Assembly: GCA_947492885.1 (NCBI GenBank)
Contig: CANLPK010000002.1
Location: forward strand, 9,111 to 73,110
Direction of reading: 5' to 3'
DNA length: 64,000 nt
Source of the DNA: Bacteroidota bacterium
GTDB lineage: Bacteria; Bacteroidota; Bacteroidia; UKL13-3
In this document: one piece after another, positions 1 to 9,889 of the stretch
Layout of the letters: every line of letters begins with the position of its first letter
Position numbering within the stretch: the first letter of the stretch is position 1
Made by a program: the position numbers and the translations under genes
Notes under the pieces: model-generated
Database searches by the model: none
The model's input: the letters and a program-made list of their open reading frames with translations, nothing else
What the model was told of the DNA's origin: nothing

Positions 1-338
1 TCTACATTGTACCAACGGTTTGAATTTCCTCCACCTACTTGAGCACTGGTAGGAACATTCTCTGGAGTACCACCTGGTGCGCTCCAATCGTTACCATTTA
101 TAAATTTGTATTCAATTTTTCCAGGGGTAGTGGTTGAAAATGAATAATAGTAAACCTGAGTAGAAGGGATATTAGCCATTGCGGTAGCGGATGGATTCCA
201 TCCTTGAAAATCACCTGCAACGTGCATTCCGTTAGCGCTAACCGTTTGACCGGTCATATCAACTGCGAATAAAACTGTGGTTGCTTTAGCTACATTTAGC
301 AAAACAATTGCACTTAATAAAAGTAGAATACGTTTCAT
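1..338 (-). CDS. Secreted protein, N-terminal part only (gene runs off the window start); contains a CBM20/CBM48-like starch/glycogen-binding module
   Basis: The reverse complement of 301-338 reads ATG AAA CGT ATT CTA CTT ... (MKRILLLLSAIVLLNVAKA, a signal peptide). What follows, TTVLFAVDMTGQTVSANGMHVAGDFQGWNPS...KIEYKFINGNDW, fits the V.F.V....V.v.G.F..W....m......YKF.vdg.W pattern of CBM20/48 starch-binding modules. This ORF is not in the supplied track because it is truncated. Confidence 0.5.
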   Translation of the reverse strand, partial: MKRILLLLSAIVLLNVAKATTVLFAVDMTGQTVSANGMHVAGDFQGWNPSATAMANIPSTQVYYYSFSTTTPGKIEYKFINGNDWSAPGGTPENVPTSAQVGGGNSNRWYNV

Positions 339-393
339 GTTATGAATTTGATAATTAATTTAATGAATAATAGGTTGTAAATATAATAAAATT

Positions 394-1254
394 TTATTTG
401 CATTCAAAATATTTTAGGTCATTATTTCCTGCACTCCGATCGGGGCCCCCATTGAAATCTTTCCTTCGCACAATGAACTGAGCAGAGGCGATTGTTTTAC
501 CATTTGGAATGGCTAAAAACTCCCTAGGAATCATGGTTAATTTAAACTGTCCCGAAAATAATCCTTCAGTAATTTTTGTCATCTTTAAAGCAGGTACAGT
601 ACCTACATCAAAGAAACTCGCCTTCTCAACAGTTGTGGCATCACTTAAAGTCACTTTGATGTATAAGTAGCAATCCTCTGCACCTAAATTCGACATGCCT
701 GTATTGCGTTCCACAGGGTTGTTATACATAATGGTTAAAATTTCATCGGTATATGCACATTTAGGAAGGGTATAGATGGTATCACGCTCAATAGGAGCAT
801 TCACCTTAATGTTTAAGTCTTCCGATTTTAAATCGGGAGCTCCATATCCGCCACCATCTTTAGGTTTTACCAATAAAGAGATTCCTTTACTGTAAACATC
901 TCCCTTATTTACTCCGTAAAAATCGGTTGGGATCATTTCATAGTAATAAACCTTAGGCCCTTTTGATGGGTCGGGAGTTAATTTCAAATTGTCGTTGGAG
1001 TTCTTCCATGGCTGTGTTCCTGTGCCATTTACATTGGGGTCATTGGCAGGCAACTCTCTTGGATTCCAAGTCCACATATAAAATGGGCCAGTTAATCCAT
1101 CCAATGAAGTATTGGTGATTTTTGATAAATCCACATAGATTCTACATACCGAAGTAACATCGGTAGTAGGTCCTGGTTCAATCCAGGCCGCTTGTGCATT
1201 TGATTTTGTAAATGCAGCAATTATAATTGCAACGAGTAATATAAACTTTTTCAT
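394..1254 (-). CDS. Hypothetical secreted protein, last gene of the SusC/SusD locus (possible SusE/F-like accessory glycan-binding protein)
   Basis: 286 aa. Signal peptide MKKFILLVAIIIAAFTKSNAQA. Same strand and tightly spaced after susD and the small lipoprotein. No recognisable catalytic motif. Confidence 0.45.
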   Translation of the reverse strand: MKKFILLVAIIIAAFTKSNAQAAWIEPGPTTDVTSVCRIYVDLSKITNTSLDGLTGPFYMWTWNPRELPANDPNVNGTGTQPWKNSNDNLKLTPDPSKGPKVYYYEMIPTDFYGVNKGDVYSKGISLLVKPKDGGGYGAPDLKSEDLNIKVNAPIERDTIYTLPKCAYTDEILTIMYNNPVERNTGMSNLGAEDCYLYIKVTLSDATTVEKASFFDVGTVPALKMTKITEGLFSGQFKLTMIPREFLAIPNGKTIASAQFIVRRKDFNGGPDRSAGNNDLKYFECK

Positions 1255-1278
1255 CTTAGATACTTTCTTGAAGATTAA

Positions 1279-1776
1279 TTAATTTTGTCTTGTAAATTCC
1301 CAGATATAAGAATAGGCGATTTTTTTCGCAGTGCCTTTGGTATAATAAAAGGTTTTCTTGAGATTTAGAACTAAGTCCGTTGTTCTAATGGTACTCCCAA
1401 GCAAGAAGGTGTCCTTCGAATTATCTGAATAATTTATATAAAGTGATTTAGGAAAATCGGTATTGTCGAAACTCCAAGTTCCTGTACCTGTTCCAAAATA
1501 ATTTTTCACAGTTCCTGTAGTAAGCGCCGTAAAGCCTGTTTCGGTAAATTTTAAGGAAGGTAAAGCTTTGGTTTTATAGAAATCGGTGATGTCGAATTTA
1601 TCAGGTGTGGCAAAGGCCTCATCCACAACATAAGCATGGGATAAAATCCAGTTGTCCTGAATACCCTTGGTTTTACTCGACACATCGCCGATATCCGAAA
1701 ACTTTTTCGGGCGGCAGGAAACAACAATAATGGTTGTTGCCAGAATTAAAGCGGTGAATTTAAATATACGTTTCAT
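1279..1776 (-). CDS. Small lipoprotein of the PUL (function unknown)
   Basis: 165 aa. Lipoprotein signal MKRIFKFTALILATTIIVVSC. Lies 12 nt downstream of susD on the same strand. Confidence 0.5.
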   Translation of the reverse strand: MKRIFKFTALILATTIIVVSCRPKKFSDIGDVSSKTKGIQDNWILSHAYVVDEAFATPDKFDITDFYKTKALPSLKFTETGFTALTTGTVKNYFGTGTGTWSFDNTDFPKSLYINYSDNSKDTFLLGSTIRTTDLVLNLKKTFYYTKGTAKKIAYSYIWEFTRQN

Positions 1777-1790
1777 GATTAATTTTTTAA

Positions 1791-3176
1791 TTAGTTACAA
1801 CCTCCTTCAGGGTTCATTTGAAATCCTTTAATAGTACTTTCTGAAGCAGGAAATTGAAGTACCAAGCCATTGCAATTCCATGGTGCATTGCGAATTCGAA
1901 TATTCGGTTCACCTTTAGCTCCAAGGCGTTTCAATTGTTGTACGCGATCGCCTTCCATTGGCATTTCTAAACGACGTTCTGTACGTGCCGCAATCTTTAT
2001 TGTTTCGGCACCACTGGTAGTTGAAATATTTTGTCCAATGCCTCCAAATGCACGCGTGATAATGGCGTTTATATCAGTAATCGCCACCGATAATGTTCCA
2101 TTCGTTTCTGCGATGGCTTCAGCTCTCATCAACAATAAATCGGTTAAGTAGAATACCGGAACATTGAAGAAGTTTGAATCAAATTTCAATGATCGGAAAC
2201 CACCTGTGCATGGAGCATAATAAGCTGCACGCTTATCTCCTCCACGGGCAGTAGCATCGGCATACAAGGAAGCCGATACTCCAATTTGAGGTTGGTTAGC
2301 TCCTGTCTCAAAATAATTTCCACGCATCGCACCCGAACGTTGGTCAGCACTGGTTGATTTGATATAGAAAATCATTTCTTTTTGAGCCACAGCTGATTTG
2401 TTGTATAGATTCACGCTATCAGAAAGTGTAAATTTGGCAGATGCAACAATATCATTTACCTGAGTTATCACATTAGCAAAATCATTCATTTGAAAATACA
2501 CCTTGGCCAATAAAGCCTTCGCTGCATACTTAGTAGCATTGGTATTATTTAAGTTGGTTTCTGGTAAGTTAGCAATGGCTTCTGTCAAATCTTTAATAAT
2601 GAAATCATAAGATTCCTTCACAGTGCTTCTTAATGTTACTTCTGGTAATGAATTCTTACGCAATGGCACGCCTAAATGTGAGTTGTCGGAAGTATAACCA
2701 TAGGGTTGAGCGAAAAAACGAACAGCAGTGAAATGCCCTAAGGCACGCATGAACTTCGCTTCTGCAATCATTCTTTGCTTCTCCGAATCGGTAAATCCAG
2801 GTACCCCATCAATAAAGTCAAGTACCGTATTCGCCTTGTAAATAATCTTATACATATCTCCATAAAATCCACCTGTTGAGGTATTAAAGAAGATGGTTGC
2901 TCTATTATATACTTCTGTAAAATCATTATTCGATTTTGGGGCGATTACATTATCCGAAAGTAATTCGCCAAAATATTGAACTCTGCCATTATATAAATTG
3001 GCAATATTATCATACCCAGCATTCAAAACTTCTTGTACATCCGATGGTTTAGTAAGTGCATCGGCTTTACGAATTTGAGTAGGGTCGTTAGGGTTAACAT
3101 CAAACATCTTTTTACATCCGCCTAGCGTGGCAGTCAGTAAAAAGGCACTAAATATATATATTGTGATACGTTTCAT
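1791..3176 (-). CDS. susD: RagB/SusD-family nutrient-binding outer-membrane lipoprotein
   Basis: 461 aa. Lipoprotein signal ...LTATLGGCKK. Sits immediately downstream of the SusC-type TonB receptor with a 13-nt gap, as expected for a SusD-like protein. Confidence 0.85.
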   Translation of the reverse strand: MKRITIYIFSAFLLTATLGGCKKMFDVNPNDPTQIRKADALTKPSDVQEVLNAGYDNIANLYNGRVQYFGELLSDNVIAPKSNNDFTEVYNRATIFFNTSTGGFYGDMYKIIYKANTVLDFIDGVPGFTDSEKQRMIAEAKFMRALGHFTAVRFFAQPYGYTSDNSHLGVPLRKNSLPEVTLRSTVKESYDFIIKDLTEAIANLPETNLNNTNATKYAAKALLAKVYFQMNDFANVITQVNDIVASAKFTLSDSVNLYNKSAVAQKEMIFYIKSTSADQRSGAMRGNYFETGANQPQIGVSASLYADATARGGDKRAAYYAPCTGGFRSLKFDSNFFNVPVFYLTDLLLMRAEAIAETNGTLSVAITDINAIITRAFGGIGQNISTTSGAETIKIAARTERRLEMPMEGDRVQQLKRLGAKGEPNIRIRNAPWNCNGLVLQFPASESTIKGFQMNPEGGCN

Positions 3177-3189
3177 TTCTGTTGGTTAA

Positions 3190-6100
3190 TTAAAATCCGA
3201 TTACGATAGAGATACTGTTTGTTCTTTCTTGTGGAGGGGTTAAATAAGTAATGTTCGGACTGGTATTTCTATCCGTAGCATTTTCAAAGTCACGTACCAC
3301 CTCTGGATCTAATCCTCTGAATTTAGTAAACAATATTATGTTAGTAGAAACTAAACCAATGCGAGCACTGGATAATTTTGCTTTCTTTAACTGATCCCCA
3401 TTAAATGTATAAAACAAACTAAGATTTCTCAAACGCATATAAGATGCATCTTTCAACCACATATCCGTATTAATCCATGGGGTAGATGATCCGTAAGTGG
3501 CAGGCTGACGAGTAAGCACAGGATACTCACTTTGATCACCTGGTTTTTGCCAACGATCAAATTGATCCAAGCGGTGATTCCAATTGTCGGAATCAAAGGT
3601 TCCCATCTGGCGTTTAGATGAAGAGTCATAAATTTTCCCTCCGATACTATAGATGAAATTCATATCCACCTCCCAACGCTTGTAAATGAAGGTATTGCTC
3701 CATCCTCCAAATGCTTTAGGATAAATATTTCCAACAGGTACCCGATTGGCTGGGTCCCATTTATAAGTTTCATTTCCGTTCTTATCAAAATAAATGGGCT
3801 TCCCAGTATTTTGATCAATTCTTGAAAAACGAACTAAGTAATTAGTACCTACTGGCTGACCTTCTACAATACGTGTATCATTGGTACCTCCACTCACGGC
3901 TTCTTCTGTATAAGACCCAATATCCAAGACTTTATTTTTGTTTCTAGCAATATTAAAGTCGATGGTATAACGGATTTTGTCCTTATCAATAACACGTAGC
4001 TTTGTTGAGAATTCAATTCCTTGGTTATTTATTTTTCCAACATTGGCAGCATAATTCCCCGATTGGAAACCATAGTAATTAGGAACACTTACGCTTAAAA
4101 TTACGTCACTGGTATTCTTATTATAATACTCTAATACCCCTGTTATTCTTTCAGAAAATAAAGAGAAGTCGAATCCAATATCAAAAGTTTTGGTTGTTTC
4201 CCAATGGAAATCAGGGTTTTCGAATATCTCAACATAGCGAGAAGGTACGCCATTATAAACGGTAGGATTTACTTTATAACGTCCCCACCATGGGTAGGAT
4301 CCTCCGAAATTTGAATTACCAGTCTTACCATAACTTGCTCTTGCCTTTAAGAAGGTAAGCACTTTATTTCCTTTCAAAAATTTCTCATCACTCATTACCC
4401 ATCCAGTTCCAATGGCTGGGAAGAAACCCCAACGATAATTTTCACCAAAGGTGGATGAATAATCGGCACGACCATTTAAGGAGATGAAATATTTATCCTT
4501 TAATGAATAACTTACACGTCCAAAATAACTATCGAATACAGAAATACTTTTGCTCAATAAATTAGTACCAGGTTTTAAATTAGAATCAATAGGGGTAGTA
4601 TTATACAATGGCCCCATAATATTATTGTATTCTAAATATTTGAAAGCCGAACGGGTTCTTTGATATTCGGTACCTGCTAAGTATGAAATCTTTTGTTCTT
4701 TCTTTAAGGTTTGAGAATAAAACGCTGTGGCAACTACATTATAGTTGTTGGTATAAGTTGCTCCACGTTTTGCAATTCCCTTGGGTTGCCTTACCAAAGC
4801 AGTATCTTCATAAACATCATCGGTATTATCAAGGTAGTCATAATTACCATTTACGCGGATAAGTAAATTTTTTATTGGAGAGTATTCCATTACCACCCCT
4901 TGAAGTGTACGTTGTTGGCGGGTTTGCTGCGTTTTGTTTTCACGCATAAATACTGGATTATTATTTACACCACTATTGGTAAACCAAGTGCCATCGCTAT
5001 TTTTAACCGGATAAATTGGGAGTGCTGTACTCATCGCAGCGCCAAGTCCTCCGCCCCATCCTCCATCTACACGTTTATTCAAACCATTTACATACGAACC
5101 GGCGTATGAAAGTTTCATTTTACTTGTCAACTGATATTCTAGATTGGCTCTAAATGCACTTCTTACATAAGCATCACCAATAATATACGTTGAATTATTA
5201 TCATGGGTGGCATTTACGTATAAGTTTATTTTTTTCTTAGCATAAGATGTTCCTAAGCTATAGGTTTGTTTGAAGCCAGCATGGGTGGTTTGTTTTACCC
5301 AATCGGTATTGGTTGCTTGTGCTTGCTCCCAAGTTAAACCAGCTGGCAATGGTGCACGCCCTACACCCCCGTCATTTTCATATGCTTCTTGCAGCATTTG
5401 TAAATACTGCGTGTTATTCATCATCTGTGGGCGAGAAGCCATTGTTGAAATTCCTTCACGAATGGTGAGGTCGAATTTCAATCCTTGTTTTTTCGCACGT
5501 TTTGTTGTGATAATAATTACTCCATTCGAGCCACGTGAACCATAGATGGCTGTTGCTGCAGCATCTTTTAATATTTCTATAGATTCAATATCATCCGGAT
5601 TTAAAGTTGCCAATGGGTTATTGTTCTTTCCTCCGCCATTCCCCTTATCTGTAGCATTTTGAATGAAATAATCTTGAGAGATTGGAATACCATCAACAAC
5701 ATATAATGGATCGCTACCAGCACTTACTGAAGCAATACCTCTGATTTTTACAACAGATGCCGATCCTGCCAAACCACTACCAATAGATATTTGAACCCCT
5801 GCAGCTTTTCCTTGCAAGGCGGCTTCCACACTCGGTACCGGGATAGAGGTAATGTCCTTACTGCTTATTTTTGAAACAGCTCCGGTTACTTCCTTTCGAA
5901 CCTGCGTTCCATATCCCACAACAACCACCTCATTGAGGCTCTTGTTTTCGGGTTGCATTTGGATTCTTATTTCTTTGGTTTCCCCTGCGGCAAGCTTTAC
6001 TTCTTGTCGAGAAGGGGCATAACCTAAATAGGTGCCGATAACTACGTAATTACCAGCAGCCAAATTTTTAAATAAGAAATTCCCATCTGCATCCGTGTTT

Positions 6101-6267
6101 TGTGCAATGGTAGTTCCTTCAAGTCGAATAGTGGCAAAAGAGAGCGGCTCGCTTTTCTCATCAAGCATCCTCCCCTTAATTGTTGCAGTATTCTGTGCAT
6201 TGAGTTGTGCCGTGATAAACAGCAAACTACAAAGCGCGAAAAAGCGATTGAATAAAAATGAATTCAT
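3190..6267 (-). CDS. susC: SusC/RagA-family TonB-dependent outer-membrane transporter
   Basis: 1025 aa. Signal peptide. N-terminal carboxypeptidase-regulatory-like segment (IKGRMLDEKSEPLSFATIRLEG), a plug region and beta-barrel, and a C-terminal aromatic residue (…VIGF). Paired with susD. Confidence 0.9.
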   Translation of the reverse strand: MNSFLFNRFFALCSLLFITAQLNAQNTATIKGRMLDEKSEPLSFATIRLEGTTIAQNTDADGNFLFKNLAAGNYVVIGTYLGYAPSRQEVKLAAGETKEIRIQMQPENKSLNEVVVVGYGTQVRKEVTGAVSKISSKDITSIPVPSVEAALQGKAAGVQISIGSGLAGSASVVKIRGIASVSAGSDPLYVVDGIPISQDYFIQNATDKGNGGGKNNNPLATLNPDDIESIEILKDAAATAIYGSRGSNGVIIITTKRAKKQGLKFDLTIREGISTMASRPQMMNNTQYLQMLQEAYENDGGVGRAPLPAGLTWEQAQATNTDWVKQTTHAGFKQTYSLGTSYAKKKINLYVNATHDNNSTYIIGDAYVRSAFRANLEYQLTSKMKLSYAGSYVNGLNKRVDGGWGGGLGAAMSTALPIYPVKNSDGTWFTNSGVNNNPVFMRENKTQQTRQQRTLQGVVMEYSPIKNLLIRVNGNYDYLDNTDDVYEDTALVRQPKGIAKRGATYTNNYNVVATAFYSQTLKKEQKISYLAGTEYQRTRSAFKYLEYNNIMGPLYNTTPIDSNLKPGTNLLSKSISVFDSYFGRVSYSLKDKYFISLNGRADYSSTFGENYRWGFFPAIGTGWVMSDEKFLKGNKVLTFLKARASYGKTGNSNFGGSYPWWGRYKVNPTVYNGVPSRYVEIFENPDFHWETTKTFDIGFDFSLFSERITGVLEYYNKNTSDVILSVSVPNYYGFQSGNYAANVGKINNQGIEFSTKLRVIDKDKIRYTIDFNIARNKNKVLDIGSYTEEAVSGGTNDTRIVEGQPVGTNYLVRFSRIDQNTGKPIYFDKNGNETYKWDPANRVPVGNIYPKAFGGWSNTFIYKRWEVDMNFIYSIGGKIYDSSSKRQMGTFDSDNWNHRLDQFDRWQKPGDQSEYPVLTRQPATYGSSTPWINTDMWLKDASYMRLRNLSLFYTFNGDQLKKAKLSSARIGLVSTNIILFTKFRGLDPEVVRDFENATDRNTSPNITYLTPPQERTNSISIVIGF

Positions 6268-6575
6268 GTAAATGTGCTCCTATAATATTTGAGTTTTAAG
6301 ACTAATAAAGAAATTGCAAGTTACAATTGTACATTTATTTTGCTAAAACTCCAAATTAATTAGACTACAATGATGAGAATCATTAATTTAAGGAACACTG
6401 GCGAGCACCTTACTATATTTGAGGAAAGCAAGTATATGGATTAATTAAATGACCTCTCTTCCCTGAAATCGACTTTTCAAATCAGGGTAATTCACCAATT
6501 TTAATATTAAAATGACTAACCCTTTTTATTCAGAAAAATATCGTTTTTTTGAACTTCCTAAAAAGTTAAGGTATT

Positions 6576-9419
6576 ATGATGAATCGCATTTTTTTGTTTC
6601 TATTATTTTCTGCTTTGGTTTCCAATGCTTCTGCTCAAGCCAAACTCATTGAGAAGGTAACCCGTACCGGTGATGAGCTCACCATCCCATATGAAATGTA
6701 TCGTTTGAAAAATGGTCTCACCGTGATTGTTCATGAAGACCATAGCGACCCCTTGGTGCATGTAGATGTTACTTATCATGTAGGTAGCGCTCGCGAAGAG
6801 GTGGGCAAATCGGGCTTCGCACACTTTTTTGAGCACATGATGTTTCAAGGAAGTAAACATGTTGGCGATGATCAGCATTTCAAAATTGTAAGCAATGCGG
6901 GTGGTACCTTAAATGGAACTACTAACCGCGACCGTACCAACTATTATGAAACATTGCCAAAAACACAATTGGAAGTGGCGCTTTGGCTGGAAGCCGATCG
7001 TATGGGATTCCTCCTCGACTCCGTGAATCAACGCAAGTTTGAGAACCAACGTGAAACGGTAAAAAATGAACGAGGACAGAATTACGATAATCGTCCGTAT
7101 GGCCTTGTTCAAGAAAATATTTCAAGAGTATTTTACCCTCAAGCACATCCATATAGCTGGCTTACCATTGGGTATATCAATCACTTGAATGCAGTGGATG
7201 TTGATGACCTTAAGAATTTCTTCCTGCGCTGGTATGGCCCAAACAATGCTGTGCTTACCATTGGAGGGGATGTAAATACTGCCGACGTTTTGAAAATGGT
7301 AGACAAATATTTTGGCTCGATTAAAAAATGCCCAGAGGTTAAAAAAATGCCTGCCATGCAGCCTGTACTTACCGAAGATCGTTATGTATCAATGAGTGAT
7401 AATATTCGTCAGCCTTTATTGCGCCGCGTATATTCTACTGTACCTGCATTTCATTCGGATGAAGCAGCTTTGGATATGTTATGCGAAATTCTAAGTAGCA
7501 ATAAATCATCGGTATTCTATACTCGATTCATGAAATCACAAATGGCTTCTTCGGCCAGTGTATCTAACTCCTCAACAGAATTGGCTGGCGAGTTAGGCAT
7601 CAATATCATGGCTTATCCCAACCTTAAATTGAGTACCATCGATTCGATGATTAATGTATGCTTTGCCGATTTTGAACAACGTGGAGTGTCCGATGATGAC
7701 TTGATTCGTGCGAAGGCATCTTCAGAAACTGAATTTATTAGGAGCCTAGAAAGTGTTAATGGGAAAGTATCTACTTTAGCCTATTACTATACGTTTGGAG
7801 GCAATGCGAATATGGTTCAAAAGCAACTGAAGGAAATTAGAGAGATTACAAAACTGGATATTCTTAGGGTTTATAATCAATACATCAAAAACAAACATTA
7901 TGTATGTATGAGTGTTTATTCTAATAAGGAAAAACCCAATTTAGCCAGAGAGGATAACTATAAAATGCCTGAGCCCGATGCCTCTGCTGCAAAGAAGGTG
8001 ACAAAACTAAAATTGCGTAATGTTAAAGATAAATTCGACCGCAGTGTTCAACCCGCAGTTCCATCAGAGCCGATCTTGCCACAACGCTTCGAACCCATGA
8101 TTTCTTCATTCTCAAATGGAGTACAATTTAGTGGCTTAACTCAAAATGAAATCCCATACATTACCTTGCAAATCGTTATTAAGGGTGGACACCTGATGGA
8201 TTATAATCACCCCGATAAGGCAGGACTGGCAGTGCTTACCGCCCGATTGATGAATGAAGGTACAGCAACGATGCTTACCGAACAATTTGAAGAAGCACTC
8301 GATAAAATCGGAAGTACCATCACGGTAACCGCCGATGCCGAAAACACCTATATCAACGTGGGAACATTAAGAAAGAACCTGGATATTACCTTGGGGCTTT
8401 TACAAGATAAATTACTTTACCCAGCCTTTCGTGAAGCTGAGTTCGAACGCGCCAAGCGCCAACAATTGGAGGGGATAAAAAACTCATTAATTAATCCATC
8501 TTCTATCGCCGATCGTTGTTTTAGTAAAATTATTTATGGTCCCGAAAATATTAAGTCGATACCGAATGAAGGAACAACAGAAACCGTTAAAAACATTACG
8601 CTTGAGGATGTGAAAGAATTCTACAAGAAATACTACGTACCACAATTAACAGAGATTGTAGCCGTGGGCGACGTGAATATGATGACCTTAACTCAAAAGC
8701 TTTCTTTCATCGACCAATGGGAAAAAACAGATATACAATTGCCTGAAATATTAAAGAATGATAAGTTTGTGAAAGTGTCGACCACAAAAATATATTTCAT
8801 TCATAGCGAGAAAGCTGCTCAATCACAAATTCGTATAGGATACTTAGCACTACCCTTCGACGCAAAAGATAATTTTTATAAAGCGGGATTGATGAATTTT
8901 ATGTTTGGTGGTACGTTTAATAGCCATCTTAATATGAATTTACGTGAGAGCAAGGGCTGGACTTACGGGGTACGTAGTAGTTTCAGTGGTACAAAATACC
9001 GTGGACCATTTGTTATCAGTGGTGGGTTTAAAAAAGATGCCACTGATAGCACCATCAGTGAAATATTGAAGGAAATGGAGAGCTACCATACCAAGCTCTT
9101 AACACCGGAAGAAGTGCAGTTTACGAAGAACTCATTAAATTCAAGTGAAGCGTTGAAATATGAAACCCTAGCCCAAAAAGCGAATGTATTATTCATGAAA
9201 CAACGTTATCAATTAGAGCCAGAATATAAAATGATTCAGCTCCAGGTACTTATGTCGCTTAACCCGACTGAAATTAAAGGACTTGCTCGCCGTAATCTCG
9301 ATATCAATCGCATGGCAATTATTGTAGTAGGTGATAGAACAACTGTGAAGGATAAACTCAATGCTTGGGGTTACGAAGTAGTGGAACTTGATAATGAAGG
9401 CAACGAAATCAAAAAATAA
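6576..9419 (+). CDS. Secreted M16-family zinc metallopeptidase (pitrilysin/insulinase-like), two fused M16 units
   Basis: 947 aa. Signal peptide. Inverted zinc-binding motif HFFEHMMFQG (HxxEH) with a downstream E. The length corresponds to tandem active and inactive M16 halves. Confidence 0.85.
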   Translation: MMNRIFLFLLFSALVSNASAQAKLIEKVTRTGDELTIPYEMYRLKNGLTVIVHEDHSDPLVHVDVTYHVGSAREEVGKSGFAHFFEHMMFQGSKHVGDDQHFKIVSNAGGTLNGTTNRDRTNYYETLPKTQLEVALWLEADRMGFLLDSVNQRKFENQRETVKNERGQNYDNRPYGLVQENISRVFYPQAHPYSWLTIGYINHLNAVDVDDLKNFFLRWYGPNNAVLTIGGDVNTADVLKMVDKYFGSIKKCPEVKKMPAMQPVLTEDRYVSMSDNIRQPLLRRVYSTVPAFHSDEAALDMLCEILSSNKSSVFYTRFMKSQMASSASVSNSSTELAGELGINIMAYPNLKLSTIDSMINVCFADFEQRGVSDDDLIRAKASSETEFIRSLESVNGKVSTLAYYYTFGGNANMVQKQLKEIREITKLDILRVYNQYIKNKHYVCMSVYSNKEKPNLAREDNYKMPEPDASAAKKVTKLKLRNVKDKFDRSVQPAVPSEPILPQRFEPMISSFSNGVQFSGLTQNEIPYITLQIVIKGGHLMDYNHPDKAGLAVLTARLMNEGTATMLTEQFEEALDKIGSTITVTADAENTYINVGTLRKNLDITLGLLQDKLLYPAFREAEFERAKRQQLEGIKNSLINPSSIADRCFSKIIYGPENIKSIPNEGTTETVKNITLEDVKEFYKKYYVPQLTEIVAVGDVNMMTLTQKLSFIDQWEKTDIQLPEILKNDKFVKVSTTKIYFIHSEKAAQSQIRIGYLALPFDAKDNFYKAGLMNFMFGGTFNSHLNMNLRESKGWTYGVRSSFSGTKYRGPFVISGGFKKDATDSTISEILKEMESYHTKLLTPEEVQFTKNSLNSSEALKYETLAQKANVLFMKQRYQLEPEYKMIQLQVLMSLNPTEIKGLARRNLDINRMAIIVVGDRTTVKDKLNAWGYEVVELDNEGNEIKK

Positions 9420-9441
9420 ATAGTCATACTAAACATCAAAT

Positions 9442-9482
9442 AATTCCGGCAATCGTTCATACTTTGGCCGGAATTATTTTTT
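9442..9482 (+). terminator. Rho-independent terminator after the M16 peptidase gene
   Basis: AATTCCGGC - 16-nt loop - GCCGGAATT, a 9-bp perfect stem, followed by TTTTTTAT. Confidence 0.55.
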
Positions 9483-9510
9483 ATATCCAATTTAATCTAA
9501 TCAAATACCC

Positions 9511-9864
9511 ATGTCATCAGTAACAGAATTCAACACCTACCGCGAGAAAATGAATGAAAAAATATTGGCCGAAGATAATTTGGTCATCAAACGCTTTTTC
9601 AATCTCGACCAACATACCTATGCCGATGGGGCTTTGAGTGCTAAAAATAAAGAGATGTTAGGACTGGTAGCATCGCTCGTATTGCGCTGCGACGATTGCG
9701 TGAAATATCATTTACAACAAGGAAAAGCTCTAGGACTAAATACGGAAGAGCTATTCGAAATATTGGCTGTTGGCAATATCGTAGGGGGGAGCATCTGTAT
9801 CCCGCATACCCGCAGGGCGGTGGCATTTTGGGAAGAACTCAGCGAGGAAAATAAATCCGAGTAA
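9511..9864 (+). CDS. Carboxymuconolactone decarboxylase / AhpD-like family protein
   Basis: 117 aa. Motif LVLRCDDCVKYH (the CxxC..H signature of the AhpD/CMD fold). Confidence 0.7.
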   Translation: MSSVTEFNTYREKMNEKILAEDNLVIKRFFNLDQHTYADGALSAKNKEMLGLVASLVLRCDDCVKYHLQQGKALGLNTEELFEILAVGNIVGGSICIPHTRRAVAFWEELSEENKSE

Positions 9865-9889
9865 GTTAGAGGCGAAAAGAAACAAACGC

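Noticed and set aside
1870-2151. 93-aa ORF antisense to susD
   Set aside because: Entirely inside the well-supported susD frame on the opposite strand. Arg/Ser-rich composition typical of antisense readings.
6268-6575. 308-bp divergent intergenic region between susC and the M16 peptidase gene, inspected for an RNA gene or a Bacteroidetes TAnnTTTG -7 promoter box
   Set aside because: AT-rich with several TTTG-containing candidates but nothing I can place confidently. No tRNA-like cloverleaf or conserved RNA motif was recognised.
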